IMG/VR virus record: IMGVR_UViG_3300042691_030539
DNA length: 64,000 nt
Reading direction: 5' to 3' (one strand)
DNA from: an uncultured virus (IMG/VR IMGVR_UViG_3300042691_030539)
Lineage: Duplodnaviria > Heunggongvirae > Uroviricota > Caudoviricetes
Under the pieces are notes generated by a model, which saw only the letters and a program-made list of their open reading frames with translations, ran no database searches and had not been told where the DNA came from. This document shows, in pieces, positions 18,169 to 28,261 of the stretch (position 1 is its first letter; every line of letters begins with the position of its first letter). A program made the translations under genes and the position numbers.

Positions 18169-18528
18169 ATGTTTAATGAAATCAGAAGCAAAATTGAAAA
18201 AACAAATGACCAAAGAATTGCAATGGCACTTACTTTGATTAATGTTATGAAACAAACCGAAAAGGTTAGTATTGAAATCAGAACCGCAGTTGCGGCCGCA
18301 ATGATTGATATGTTGGATACTCATATGATTGATGAGGATAGGGATTTGATTAAAGTTATCAATGATGGAATTGATTCCGTTTGTAACGATGCGGAGAAAA
18401 ATCACGGAGTGAAAAATCTTCGTCAATCATTGAGAGGAATTATAGCGACATCCAAAGAGGTGATAGCACAACAAATCAATCGTGTTAATGAAGGAGAATC
18501 AATTTTAAAATCAATAAACTTAAATTAA
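18169..18528 (+). CDS. Hypothetical helical protein
   Basis: ATG 18169. Confidence 0.65.
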   Translation: MFNEIRSKIEKTNDQRIAMALTLINVMKQTEKVSIEIRTAVAAAMIDMLDTHMIDEDRDLIKVINDGIDSVCNDAEKNHGVKNLRQSLRGIIATSKEVIAQQINRVNEGESILKSINLN

Positions 18529-18533
18529 TAATT

Positions 18534-18914
18534 ATGGGATTAGATATGTACGCAATTGCAACAAAAGCAAAGTTTGAAACGGAAGTGGATATGGATTTCA
18601 CAAATGTAAAGATTAGTGAATCGGATGATTTACATTATTGGAGAAAACATCCAAACCTGCATGGATGGATGCAAGACCTTTATGTTAGTAAAGGTGGTAA
18701 ATCAACGGACTTCAATGGAGATTGTGTAGTTTTAACATCAAAGGATTTGGATAATCTATATCAGGATATCATTGATGATGAATTACCAAATACAGCAGGA
18801 TTCTTTTTCGGACAAACGGATGGTAGTGAAAAGGAAGATGATTTGAAATTCGTAGCGGATGCACGTAACGCAATCCGTAATGGACTCACAGTTTATTATA
18901 CATCAAGTTGGTAA
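18534..18914 (+). CDS. Conserved phage protein (MGLDMY...YWRKHPNLHGW type)
   Basis: Recognisable phage motif; function unknown. Confidence 0.75.
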   Translation: MGLDMYAIATKAKFETEVDMDFTNVKISESDDLHYWRKHPNLHGWMQDLYVSKGGKSTDFNGDCVVLTSKDLDNLYQDIIDDELPNTAGFFFGQTDGSEKEDDLKFVADARNAIRNGLTVYYTSSW

Positions 18915-18917
18915 AAT

Positions 18918-19127
18918 ATGAATTACAAAAATGTTATTTGTTGTAGTGGAAATGATTGTTCCAAAACAACGCAAGATGAAAACGCTTATGTAGAGTTGAG
19001 GTATGATGCGTATGGTATTCCGACACGATATTATTGTGATGATTGTTATGAAAACAATTATCCATATCGTAAGGATGCATACTACGATTATCTAAACGCT
19101 GGTGAGTATTTAAATGATGATTATTAA
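18918..19127 (+). CDS. Small Cys-rich protein
   Basis: CSGNDC...CDDC. Confidence 0.6.
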   Translation: MNYKNVICCSGNDCSKTTQDENAYVELRYDAYGIPTRYYCDDCYENNYPYRKDAYYDYLNAGEYLNDDY

Positions 19128-19137
19128 AAATGAAAGT

Positions 19138-19473
19138 ATGAGATTCAAATCGTTCTATCCACCCATATCCTATAAAGGTGATATAAGTGGCAAGTGGTAT
19201 GTTATATGTAGTTCTGATGGTGATGGTTGGGTTGAAGTTGATAGGAAGTATCAATGGAGTGAGTTGGAAAAGCTTTGGGATAAGATTCAGTATGGTTCAC
19301 CAAAAACAATGGCAAAAACCAAAGTGAAAAAAGAATACAAAGTTGATGGTAGTAAAGGAAATGTGTATAGTGTAGTGAACGATGATGGGTTTTGGAGTTG
19401 TAGTTGTCCTGCACATGGATTCGGACGTGGTAAAGATTGTAAACATATTAAACAAATTAAAAATGAAATATAG
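19138..19473 (+). CDS. SWIM zinc-finger protein
   Basis: CSCP...CKH. Confidence 0.8.
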   Translation: MRFKSFYPPISYKGDISGKWYVICSSDGDGWVEVDRKYQWSELEKLWDKIQYGSPKTMAKTKVKKEYKVDGSKGNVYSVVNDDGFWSCSCPAHGFGRGKDCKHIKQIKNEI

Positions 19474-19714
19474 TAAACATCAAAATGAAAAAACCTATAA
19501 GGTTAATGAATACGAAAGACGTTCTTTATTCGCAGAACTTAAACAATGGTGTTTTGGTTATGGTAGTGAACATGATTACATTGAAATAACCGAATGGGAA
19601 AATGGTGAGGGATTTGATGTTGATATTGAAACCAACCAAAGACAAAGATTCCAATTGACGTGGGGTCAATGGGAAGCGGTTAAACATTTAGTAAACAAAA
19701 TTGAAAATAATTAA
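19463..19714 (+). CDS. Hypothetical protein
   Basis: ATG 19463; IEITEWENGEGFDV. Confidence 0.7.
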   Translation: MKYSKHQNEKTYKVNEYERRSLFAELKQWCFGYGSEHDYIEITEWENGEGFDVDIETNQRQRFQLTWGQWEAVKHLVNKIENN

Positions 19715-19724
19715 AAACAAAACT

Positions 19725-20162
19725 ATGGGATTTTTTAGTTGGAGAACAATGGACACTGATAAAAGTATTTCAAACAATTATTCAAACAGAGGCACTTTCA
19801 AAGTGGACATGTTAGATGATAAAGGTAATGTATGGACTGAAACCTATTATGAAGGTTATGGTACATTCGGTGGTAAGGATTACTATGAGTTACTTGCAGA
19901 GATGAATGGAGTGACTTCGGATTTGGAAGGTGAAGCTTATACCGATTATATGAGAGGTGAAGGTATTAGTATCGCTTTCAAAGATAATGGAAGTGGTGAC
20001 CATACGGCCGGCGTACTATATCCGAATTTGGTTGAAATGGCAGATGGATGGACATATCAATCAATAGGACCTGATAGTTGTCCTGACCAGGGTTACTTTT
20101 ATGATGATGAAGAAGATGAAGATACATCCTTCAAACCAATATTGAGCATGTATGGCAATTAA
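19725..20162 (+). CDS. Conserved phage protein (MGFFSW...YEGYG.FGGKD type)
   Basis: Motif recognition. Confidence 0.7.
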   Translation: MGFFSWRTMDTDKSISNNYSNRGTFKVDMLDDKGNVWTETYYEGYGTFGGKDYYELLAEMNGVTSDLEGEAYTDYMRGEGISIAFKDNGSGDHTAGVLYPNLVEMADGWTYQSIGPDSCPDQGYFYDDEEDEDTSFKPILSMYGN

Positions 20163-20181
20163 ACCGATTAAATAAAGTGAA

Positions 20182-20526
20182 ATGAAACGAATAGTAAATT
20201 TTGAAAATCTGAATGAAAGTGAAATAACTACATCAAAAAGAAATCCGCTTCGGTTTGAAACAGCACATTCGGAACCTGACAATCTTTGGGTTTTTGATAA
20301 CGTAGAGCCTGGCATACAAGGAAGGTATTGTACCCTAATAACAATGAATTGGAATAGAGATACGTTTGATATACGCAAGTGTTTTTTGGGTGAGGGAACT
20401 GCCGGTGAGGATTTGGAAACCGGATTACCTTTACCAAAAAATCAAATGAAATCAATGGCTGATTTTTCATTCTTTGTTGGTGATTTAATAGAACATCACT
20501 CCCTTATAGGATCTTATAAAAATTAA
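20182..20526 (+). CDS. Hypothetical protein (IxN family)
   Basis: See paralog finding. Confidence 0.7.
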   Translation: MKRIVNFENLNESEITTSKRNPLRFETAHSEPDNLWVFDNVEPGIQGRYCTLITMNWNRDTFDIRKCFLGEGTAGEDLETGLPLPKNQMKSMADFSFFVGDLIEHHSLIGSYKN

Positions 20527-20530
20527 ACAT

Positions 20531-20839
20531 ATGGCAATTTACGGAGACGGGAAACATAACGAAAATATGGAGCATGTTCCCAAAAAACAATTTCAATTTT
20601 ACATTGATAAAAAAGTATCACATTGGGTAAGAGAACATCATATTGTTGAAGCTGAAACCGAAGAGGAAGCTAAAAAAGAAATGATTGAAGTATTACAAAG
20701 AAATTTGTGGGTAGATACTTTTGATTATCAAGAATCACTCGATGATACCGAAGTGTATTTGGAACCGGGTGATAATGGTGGACAACCTACGGCTGAATTA
20801 TTTTACAATGATGAATTATTAACAACAAATATAGAATAA
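20531..20839 (+). CDS. Acidic hypothetical protein
   Basis: VEAETEEEAK motif. Confidence 0.65.
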   Translation: MAIYGDGKHNENMEHVPKKQFQFYIDKKVSHWVREHHIVEAETEEEAKKEMIEVLQRNLWVDTFDYQESLDDTEVYLEPGDNGGQPTAELFYNDELLTTNIE

Positions 20840-20840
20840 A

Positions 20841-21059
20841 ATGGAACAAAACACATTTAAAAGAATCGATGAAAACAGAATCAACGCAGACGGATTGGTT
20901 TGGGATAACAGAGCTGATAAAGCAATCAGAGTGAAAAATCTGAATAGTGGACATATGGTACATTCAATCAAAATGGATGAAGTTAGTTACTATCCTACGT
21001 CAATTAACAAAGGAAACAAAAACTACATTCAAATTGTAGAAAAGGAGAAGGTATCATGA
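20841..21059 (+). CDS. Hypothetical protein
   Basis: ORF in operon. Confidence 0.6.
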   Translation: MEQNTFKRIDENRINADGLVWDNRADKAIRVKNLNSGHMVHSIKMDEVSYYPTSINKGNKNYIQIVEKEKVS

Positions 21060-21200
21060 AAACTTTAACAATAGTTGAACTCATTGAACTATTGTCGAAT
21101 GAGATTAAAAGTGGTGCTTCCATCGTTCAGGTGGATGGCACCATTCTTATTCCCGATAATGGAAACAAAATTGTAATAACAACGGAAAAGCAAATGTAAT

Positions 21201-21560
21201 ATGAAAGCGATATTAATTGATTCTATCAACAAAGAAGTAAAAGAAGTTGAAATAGGTAAGGGTATTGATGAAATGTATAAGTTTCTCAATTGTGAATGTT
21301 TTACAATCGCAACCTATCTTCCAAAAGAGGATGCTATCTTTGTAGATGATGAAGGATTGATGAATGGTACTGATTCATTTTTTACATATGAAGGTGCACA
21401 TCAACCTTTCGCCGGAAACGGATTGATTATGGGGTGCGATGATATGGGTGAGAGTGTGGATTGTAAAGTGAGTTTAGATGAAGTGAAAAACAAAGTCAAT
21501 TTCTATACTCGTTATGAATTGGCATTAGGTATTGCAATGGGTGCTATAAAAACATTTTAA
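21201..21560 (+). CDS. DUF3846-like protein
   Basis: IFVDDEGL...FAGNGLIMG. Confidence 0.75.
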   Translation: MKAILIDSINKEVKEVEIGKGIDEMYKFLNCECFTIATYLPKEDAIFVDDEGLMNGTDSFFTYEGAHQPFAGNGLIMGCDDMGESVDCKVSLDEVKNKVNFYTRYELALGIAMGAIKTF

Positions 21561-21561
21561 T

Positions 21562-22662
21562 ATGAAATTAGATACAATATACAAATCCACTAAAGGTGGT
21601 AAGGTGCAGGAGTGGACAATCGAAGTAGTGGGTAATAAATACCGAACTATATCAGGTCAAACGGATGGTAAGAAAGTTACTAACGAATGGACGGTGGTGT
21701 ATGGTAAGAATGAAGGTAGGGCAAACGCAACTACCGATAATGAACAATGTATGAAAGAAGCAGTGGCTAAACGTACAAAGAAATTGGAAAGTGGTTACTT
21801 TGAGAATATCAAACATATACACAAACAGCAATACTTTGAACCAATGCTTGCAGCAAAGTGGGAAGATAGAAAGGATAAAATAGAATATCCTATCTTCTCT
21901 CAACCAAAGTTAGATGGTATTCGTTGTATTGTAACAAAGGATGGAATGTTCTCTCGTAATGGTAAAGAGATTATTTCAGCACCACATATTCGTAAAGCAT
22001 TGGATAAATTGTTTAAGCACGAACCCCATACTATATTGGATGGTGAGTTGTACGCTGATAAATTCGCAAATGATTTCAATGCCATCGTTTCGTTAGTGAA
22101 GAAAACTAAACCAACAACGGATGACCTAAAACAAAGTGAAAAAAACATTGAGTATCACGTTTACGATATACCTTCAGTTGATGGTACATTCAAACATAGA
22201 TGTATTGAGTTGGATGAAATCGCATTGGACTTTCCTAAATGTGTTAAGTTAGTTGAAACGAACATTGTAAAGAATGAAGATGAAGTTACTGAATGGTATG
22301 AGGATTATGTAGATCGTGGATACGAAGGTCAGATGTTACGTTTGGATGGTTTGTATGAAAACAAACGTAGTAAAAACTTATTGAAACATAAATCCTTTCT
22401 TGATGAAGAATTCACAATCATTGATATTGTCGAAGGTGAAGGTAACAGAACAGGTACTGCGGGCTACTTTGTGTTTGAAACGGCAGAGGGTAAACCTTTC
22501 AAATCAAATGTAAAGGGAACGTGGGAACAAACAGCCGATATGTTAAAGAATAAAAAGAAACTAATCGGTAAGGAAGCGACGGTAAAGTATTTCAATTTAA
22601 CACCCGATGGAATACCACGTTTTCCGTATGTAATTAAAATTGATAGGGTGAGTTACGAATAG
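21562..22662 (+). CDS. lig: ATP-dependent DNA ligase
   Basis: PMLA, QPKLDGIR, LDGELY, GYEGQMLR and PRFP motifs. Confidence 0.95.
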   Translation: MKLDTIYKSTKGGKVQEWTIEVVGNKYRTISGQTDGKKVTNEWTVVYGKNEGRANATTDNEQCMKEAVAKRTKKLESGYFENIKHIHKQQYFEPMLAAKWEDRKDKIEYPIFSQPKLDGIRCIVTKDGMFSRNGKEIISAPHIRKALDKLFKHEPHTILDGELYADKFANDFNAIVSLVKKTKPTTDDLKQSEKNIEYHVYDIPSVDGTFKHRCIELDEIALDFPKCVKLVETNIVKNEDEVTEWYEDYVDRGYEGQMLRLDGLYENKRSKNLLKHKSFLDEEFTIIDIVEGEGNRTGTAGYFVFETAEGKPFKSNVKGTWEQTADMLKNKKKLIGKEATVKYFNLTPDGIPRFPYVIKIDRVSYE

Positions 22663-22663
22663 T

Positions 22664-22927
22664 ATGGAAACAATAGGTTATTTAGGTGGATTGTTATTAG
22701 CAATTTGTGGAATACCCGAAGTTATACGAACAATCAAAGATAAGAGATGCCATTTAGGATGGGCATTTTTATTGTTATGGTTTTTCGGTGAAGTGTTTAT
22801 GGAAATATACGCATTCGCACTTTGGGATTTTCCACTATTGTTTAATTATACATTCAATTTGGTATTGGTTGGAATTATGTTATTTTATAAATTAAAAAAT
22901 TATGGGACAGTATTACAAAATCGTTAA
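22664..22927 (+). CDS. PQ-loop/SemiSWEET-like membrane protein
   Basis: Three TM helices; GIPEVIRT. Confidence 0.7.
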   Translation: METIGYLGGLLLAICGIPEVIRTIKDKRCHLGWAFLLLWFFGEVFMEIYAFALWDFPLLFNYTFNLVLVGIMLFYKLKNYGTVLQNR

Positions 22928-23498
22928 TGTAAAGAAAAAAGAATACATCACACCACATATATTTGGTGATGGTGCAAAGTTGATGGAGTTCAGTATGTCG
23001 GCAAGTGGTGTGTTGGCTGGATTAGCAATACTACTTGCAGATGGAAATGGTAGAGGTGGTGGTGACCTTAATAGTGATAATGAAATTGTAGGTAGTTGGG
23101 CAGGTGATAATATTGTTATTGCCGGTGATTACGCTGATCATGGTAAGTTTGTGAAAATACCTGAACAAAATTTGTACGAAGTTTGTCAGGCGGAAGGTGA
23201 GGATATTTCATTGAAAGTATTAGAAGCACTTTTTGATGACAGATATTTCTTTGAAGAGTTTAGAAAAAATAGAACAGGTTGGGCAGATGATGAAGTGAAA
23301 CAATTGGTTGATAAAAAACTAAAAGAGAAAGGTTTGAAAAATCCACAAGGATGGAGTGTACCATCATCAAAAGACCCAAATGTAAGATACAAAGTAACTG
23401 AAGATAATGGGACATGGGAATGCGATTGTCCATCATTCACATATACAGGTGGTAAAGAGTGTAAACATATTAAAGAAATAAAATCATCAAACATATGA
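22902..23498 (+). CDS. Phage protein with C-terminal SWIM zinc finger
   Basis: MGQYY...GSWAGD domain; CDCP...CKH. Confidence 0.8.
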   Translation: MGQYYKIVNVKKKEYITPHIFGDGAKLMEFSMSASGVLAGLAILLADGNGRGGGDLNSDNEIVGSWAGDNIVIAGDYADHGKFVKIPEQNLYEVCQAEGEDISLKVLEALFDDRYFFEEFRKNRTGWADDEVKQLVDKKLKEKGLKNPQGWSVPSSKDPNVRYKVTEDNGTWECDCPSFTYTGGKECKHIKEIKSSNI

Positions 23499-23749
23499 TA
23501 GATATAAGAGAACAATATAGAGAACGAGCAATTCAATTCGCTAAAGAATGGAGAGAAGATGTAAGTGAACACATCGTTGATATTATGGTTTCCATTATGG
23601 CAACGAGAGATAAAACACTTTATCCCGGTGGTAGTTTTGTACAATCAATCATTGATAACGATTTGTATAATGCGATTGTTAGAGCAGATTCTGATTGTAG
23701 AAATCATTTAAAATTATTAGTAATGTGTAAATATAATTGTTTCGTATGA
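23495..23749 (+). CDS. Hypothetical protein
   Basis: PGGSFVQSIIDNDL...RAD. Confidence 0.7.
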   Translation: MIDIREQYRERAIQFAKEWREDVSEHIVDIMVSIMATRDKTLYPGGSFVQSIIDNDLYNAIVRADSDCRNHLKLLVMCKYNCFV

Positions 23750-23964
23750 TAAAGTATAAGAAAATGAAAACAGGTCCCGTTGAAATCGATTTGACCGGAC
23801 CAGATGGTAACGCATTCAATATGATTGCAATTGCAGGTAATCTCGCAAAGCAATTGGATTTGGATAAAAAGAAAATTCAAAGTGAAATGATGGGTGGAGA
23901 TTATGAAAATCTACTGAAAGTATTTGATAAATATTTCGGAGAATTTGTTACATTGTATCGTTAA
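23746..23964 (+). CDS. Conserved small phage protein
   Basis: LTGPDGNAF...GDYENLL; start uncertain. Confidence 0.7.
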   Translation: MIKYKKMKTGPVEIDLTGPDGNAFNMIAIAGNLAKQLDLDKKKIQSEMMGGDYENLLKVFDKYFGEFVTLYR

Positions 23965-23967
23965 TAT

Positions 23968-23998
23968 TTTGAAAATACAAAAACTTTCAGTATATTTG
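23968..23998 (+). promoter_or_regulatory. Bacteroidota-type promoter
   Basis: TTTG-N19-TATATTTG, full consensus. Confidence 0.75.
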
Positions 23999-24018
23999 AA
24001 TTACAAAAAAATATATCT

Positions 24019-24246
24019 ATGGGCAAAATGAAAGAGTTATTTATAGAACAACAATTGAGTGGTAGTATTGGTGGAGATGAAGATTACTTATACGAACAAT
24101 ATTTAAAAGAAAAAGAATATTGGGATTCGATACATAGTGGATCAATTTTTCCGCCGGACTTTGAATACGATGATGAATACTATAAATCAACCTATACACC
24201 AACATCCGATGAGGAAGAAGAAAACTTTAAACAATTAAAAAAATAA
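24019..24246 (+). CDS. Acidic hypothetical protein
   Basis: ORF after promoter. Confidence 0.65.
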   Translation: MGKMKELFIEQQLSGSIGGDEDYLYEQYLKEKEYWDSIHSGSIFPPDFEYDDEYYKSTYTPTSDEEEENFKQLKK

Positions 24247-24247
24247 A

Positions 24248-24574
24248 ATGGAAATATTACCTGAAATCATAGAGTTATCAAACGAAATGATTGATACTTT
24301 AGATGAAGCTGGATTTTTTGAAAACAATCCATTCATTGAAAGATTACCCCTTAAACGAAAACTACAATCTGCAATGCAGAGAAAGTGGGAAGAGCAATTT
24401 GAAATGTATTTGACGGAAGAGGAATGTGAAAACGTAATGAAAGAAACGTTATCCGATTCAGTTGCAAATACTATTGAAGATTTGGTAGTGAAAGGTGCAC
24501 TAAATATGAGTATTGATTCGGATGGAGTGATAAACTATTCTGCAAACAAAAACTTTAATTTCGATGAACTTTGA
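24248..24574 (+). CDS. Hypothetical protein
   Basis: ORF in operon. Confidence 0.65.
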   Translation: MEILPEIIELSNEMIDTLDEAGFFENNPFIERLPLKRKLQSAMQRKWEEQFEMYLTEEECENVMKETLSDSVANTIEDLVVKGALNMSIDSDGVINYSANKNFNFDEL

Positions 24575-24827
24575 TAAAACCGATGAAGAACTTAAAATGA
24601 TGTCAGATGATGAATTGTTCGAGTATCTCGATGCAAAGGCAGAACATTTGGCAAAACATAGTTCACCACTATCGGCATATCACACAAAAAGATTTGCAAG
24701 TGTAGCATCATCAATATCAAATGTAGAATTTGATTATGATAAAGTGAAGCAGATTGCAAAAGAAAATGATAGATTAGGATTTGAAAAATTTATAAACGAT
24801 AAAAATAAAAAAAATGAGTTACAATAA
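24564..24827 (+). CDS. Hypothetical protein
   Basis: Overlapping operon ORF. Confidence 0.65.
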   Translation: MNFDKTDEELKMMSDDELFEYLDAKAEHLAKHSSPLSAYHTKRFASVASSISNVEFDYDKVKQIAKENDRLGFEKFINDKNKKNELQ

Positions 24828-25209
24828 AAGTATTGCAGATTTTGTAAAACCAACAATTCTCACAGGACAAAACTATGGTACGAAAGTGAGTGTTGAAATT
24901 GACCATAGTGATATATCATTGGATGAACTATTTGATGCATTTGAAACTATTGTCGTTGGTATGGGATTTCATCGTGAAACTTGGAAACAGCAAATATTGG
25001 ATATGGCCGATGAATTCAGAGAAGAAGATTCTGAAAATGAATTTGAAGATTTAGAAAGAGCATCGCTTACCGATTTCCAAAATTGGAGTGAGAATGATAA
25101 AAGTATTTTTTTCGATGGATTAACTAACGCAAAAGAACCAAATGATGAATTGAGAAACGCTGTAAGTAAATTCAACCTTAAATTGAGAAACAAAAACAAT
25201 GGGATTTAA
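24814..25209 (+). CDS. Hypothetical protein
   Basis: Overlapping operon ORF. Confidence 0.65.
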   Translation: MSYNKSIADFVKPTILTGQNYGTKVSVEIDHSDISLDELFDAFETIVVGMGFHRETWKQQILDMADEFREEDSENEFEDLERASLTDFQNWSENDKSIFFDGLTNAKEPNDELRNAVSKFNLKLRNKNNGI

Positions 25210-25417
25210 TCACTGCTACATATCTTCAGTTGAAAATCTACAATCCGAATTGGATAATGTAGGGTTAGAACAATTTGTAAAAAGATATAGAAAATACGAT
25301 GCAATAACCGGTCCGAGTGAATCATTTAGATTTTTAGAAGAAAAACAAAAAGAATATGAGTTACAATCCATACAGGTGGTGGACGAAGGGGAGAAAAAAG
25401 AAACCACTAAAAGCTGA
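25199..25417 (+). CDS. Hypothetical protein
   Basis: Overlapping operon ORF. Confidence 0.6.
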   Translation: MGFNHCYISSVENLQSELDNVGLEQFVKRYRKYDAITGPSESFRFLEEKQKEYELQSIQVVDEGEKKETTKS

Positions 25418-25847
25418 TGCACCTTTGTTATTGAAAATTCGTAATGGTGATTTCGATTATTCATATATGTTTGGTGAGGCAACTGAAATGAAATTGAATG
25501 CACAATCCGCATACGAACAAACATACAAAAACTATGGTGGTACGGACGAAAGAAATAGAATAGATGCTGCATTGGAAGCAAGTAGAATGAAACGTGTTAA
25601 GGCAATTAAGTTGGAATTAGAGGCGGCGATGGATGAAGAAAAGATATTGTGGAAATTGAGAAAAGAGTTAGCAACTGAATTTGGAAAGGATTTGTGGGAT
25701 AAAGCAATGGAACGTCAAAGAGGTAAAGGTACATTAGAAGATTTATATGAATGGTATCGTAAGAATTCCAAAGTGAAAAATCCACAATCAATTCAGGATA
25801 TTCAATTAAGACGCCCGAATACCAAAGGTTTAGAATACTTATTCTAA
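25356..25847 (+). CDS. Hypothetical protein
   Basis: YRWW...LLLKIRNGDFD. Confidence 0.7.
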   Translation: MSYNPYRWWTKGRKKKPLKADAPLLLKIRNGDFDYSYMFGEATEMKLNAQSAYEQTYKNYGGTDERNRIDAALEASRMKRVKAIKLELEAAMDEEKILWKLRKELATEFGKDLWDKAMERQRGKGTLEDLYEWYRKNSKVKNPQSIQDIQLRRPNTKGLEYLF

Positions 25848-25936
25848 AGGTTACTTATTGTTAATGAAACCAATACACATGGACGACGGTGATAAACAAA
25901 TTAAAGCAATCAATATCACAAAAAAGCAAAAGGATA

Positions 25937-26152
25937 ATGTTGTTGAAGGATTTGAGTTTATTCCTAGCACTATTTTTCAATCCTTTTGGATTCGATGCCG
26001 TACAATATTCCCTGATATTACTAACGGGAAGTTTATGGAGAGCGAACTTCGTTTTGTATTGCGTTGCGGTATCTTTTTTTGGATGTTATATTTACTTTTC
26101 GAAGCAACTAAATAAAGAGTATGCAAGAAAAACCGATAGTGATACACATTGA
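25937..26152 (+). CDS. Small membrane protein
   Basis: ATG 25937; FFNPFGFDAVQY; two TM helices. Confidence 0.65.
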   Translation: MLLKDLSLFLALFFNPFGFDAVQYSLILLTGSLWRANFVLYCVAVSFFGCYIYFSKQLNKEYARKTDSDTH

Positions 26153-26486
26153 TATTGGAAACCAATCCCTAACAACTTGGGTTAAAGAGAATAAATACAT
26201 TCTACATTCAGAGTTGGTGAGGTATTCTGAAAAAATGATAAAGGAAAACATCGATGTACTTCAGGCAGTTATGGTATCCAATTTGGTTGATAATGTAGTG
26301 TTCATTTTAAAAAAAGATTCTTTGTCATTAACATTGGAAAAAGCAATGGAGTATTTTATGTCTATTGAGGAATATGAAAAGTGCGCAAAAATTAGAGATT
26401 TAGAATACTTATTGAAAAACCAAAAGAATGAAGCAAAAAATATTAAAGATAGTAAACGAGATAAAAGACCATCTCAAGGATATTGA
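26121..26486 (+). CDS. Hypothetical protein with UVR-like C-terminal motif
   Basis: EEYEKCAKIRD. Confidence 0.65.
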   Translation: MQEKPIVIHIDIGNQSLTTWVKENKYILHSELVRYSEKMIKENIDVLQAVMVSNLVDNVVFILKKDSLSLTLEKAMEYFMSIEEYEKCAKIRDLEYLLKNQKNEAKNIKDSKRDKRPSQGY

Positions 26487-26610
26487 TGATGATGGTGTTT
26501 ATCATTCTCGTCTCGATGATATTTACGATTCATTATCTTTGATTGAAGATGAACTTTATGCAGAAGATGATGTGGACGTGAATGATTTCGGATCAGAGGA
26601 TGATTTTTAA
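26428..26610 (+). CDS. Small acidic protein
   Basis: ORF. Confidence 0.5.
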   Translation: MKQKILKIVNEIKDHLKDIDDDGVYHSRLDDIYDSLSLIEDELYAEDDVDVNDFGSEDDF

Positions 26611-26619
26611 AAACAATTT

Positions 26620-26958
26620 ATGAATTTATTTTATGGAGTCCTATGGGGTATTGTAGGACAGATATTAACATTTTTGCAATTGCAAGGAAATATTAAATGG
26701 AATTGGTTAGAAAGATACCCGATTACTACATTGGCAGTGTCAGTACCTATGGCATATTGCTATATAAAATCGGTGGAATATTTAGTAAAAGCATACAATG
26801 GTGAACTTTGGCCATCCCGTTTGATAGGATTTGGTGTAGGTATCATTATATTTTATATATTGAGTTTACTTTTATTTGGAGAAACCCTATCTACCAAAAC
26901 ATTAGTTTGTTTATTGTTAGCAGTTAGTATTATTATGGTTCAAATATTTTGGAAATGA
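26620..26958 (+). CDS. Four-TM (SMR/DMT-like) membrane protein
   Basis: Hydrophobic helices; FGETLS. Confidence 0.7.
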   Translation: MNLFYGVLWGIVGQILTFLQLQGNIKWNWLERYPITTLAVSVPMAYCYIKSVEYLVKAYNGELWPSRLIGFGVGIIIFYILSLLLFGETLSTKTLVCLLLAVSIIMVQIFWK

Positions 26959-27146
26959 TAGTTAAAGAGTTTATACGATTCAATGATGGGTTATACATCT
27001 TAAAAAGAAAGTTTCAGGAATTATCAATCAAAACCGATAAAGTTCAAGAACTGAAAGAACTTTTAGGATGCCACATTGTGTTGAGAAAAGACGGATGGTT
27101 ATTATATTGTGAACAAATACAAGAAGCAGAGTTAGTAAATGAATAA
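26949..27146 (+). CDS. Hypothetical protein
   Basis: ORF in operon. Confidence 0.6.
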   Translation: MEMIVKEFIRFNDGLYILKRKFQELSIKTDKVQELKELLGCHIVLRKDGWLLYCEQIQEAELVNE

Positions 27147-27483
27147 ACGAATTAAAATACTTTCGGATTTACATTATCCACTTTGGTTATTAAAAGATTT
27201 TATGTGGATGGCGAAGTTGCCTATTATTAGTTTTCTGCTTGCAGTACCTACGATACTTATTTCAATTTATATGTGTCGGAATACTATTGGAAAATCTAAA
27301 TTAGAAAACCTAATGGTGTTAGCTTGGTTATGTGCAAATACGAGTTGGATGTGTAGTGAACAATTTGAAATGCCTACACTGCCTATTGCTTATTTCTTTT
27401 TTGGTATGGGAATATTTACGTTAATGTTTTATATTCCATATTTATTTCTGAAAAATAATCAGAATGACGAACAGAGAACGTAA
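27139..27483 (+). CDS. Membrane protein
   Basis: LWLLKDFMWM...WLCANTSWM; four TM helices. Confidence 0.7.
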   Translation: MNKRIKILSDLHYPLWLLKDFMWMAKLPIISFLLAVPTILISIYMCRNTIGKSKLENLMVLAWLCANTSWMCSEQFEMPTLPIAYFFFGMGIFTLMFYIPYLFLKNNQNDEQRT

Positions 27484-27567
27484 ATACAAAAATAGAAAAA
27501 GAATACAAAAGCAATCCAGAAAATTGAATATAAAAAAGGGATTGCACAGAAAGCATACATAAAAATG

Positions 27568-27627
27568 AGGGGATAAAATATATCCCCTTTTTTTATTTGG
27601 TACATCCAAATTTTTTTTGTATATTTA
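27568..27627 (+). promoter_or_regulatory. Terminator hairpin followed by a Bacteroidota-type promoter
   Basis: AGGGGATA/TATCCCCT plus T-run; TTTG 27596, TATATTTA 27620. Confidence 0.65.
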
Positions 27628-27813
27628 ATTCATATGAAGATGGCACTCTACAAAGAATTGAAGGAAGTTAGAGAACAAATACTATACTGGGAAAATTACC
27701 AAGGAGTAAATTGGCTTGGTAAATGGGCAAGAAGTATTCGTTTAGAAAAATTACATAAAAGATACGCAACAATAGAACGTAAAATACAAAAACTAAAAAC
27801 TAAAAACTAAAAA

Positions 27814-28245
27814 ATGAAAAAGATTATTTTAATTTTATTTTTGGTAGTATCAGTACCATTTTCTTTATTTTCTCAAACACAATCATTGGATTCATTCATA
27901 AATGAATGGATAGGTAAACCTTATAAATTTGGTGGTAGAACAAAAAATGGTATTGATTGTTCGCAATTCGCAAAAAGATTGTATAACGATGTTTACGGAT
28001 TGGATTTAAAAGGAACATGTTCAAGGCAATGGAATCAAACAAAAAGAATTCTAAAATCCGCTTTGGAAATCGGTGATATCGTATTTTTTAGAAGTAGATT
28101 ATCACCAAGTGGATGGCATTGTGGAATTTATATTGGTGAAAATAAATTTGTACATTCTGCTAATAAACTTGAAGGAGTTAAGATTAGTAGTTTAAGTGAA
28201 GATGTTTATAGAAAAAACTATAAAGGTGCGGGTAGGTTACTCTAA
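27814..28245 (+). CDS. NlpC/P60 cell-wall hydrolase with signal peptide
   Basis: PYKFGG, GIDCS, GDIVFF, HCGIYIG and FVHS. Confidence 0.9.
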   Translation: MKKIILILFLVVSVPFSLFSQTQSLDSFINEWIGKPYKFGGRTKNGIDCSQFAKRLYNDVYGLDLKGTCSRQWNQTKRILKSALEIGDIVFFRSRLSPSGWHCGIYIGENKFVHSANKLEGVKISSLSEDVYRKNYKGAGRLL

Positions 28246-28261
28246 TAAATAAATTGGTTTT

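Noticed and set aside
27788..27813. AAAAACT tandem repeat (about three copies)
   Set aside because: Short low-complexity slippage repeat with no evident function.
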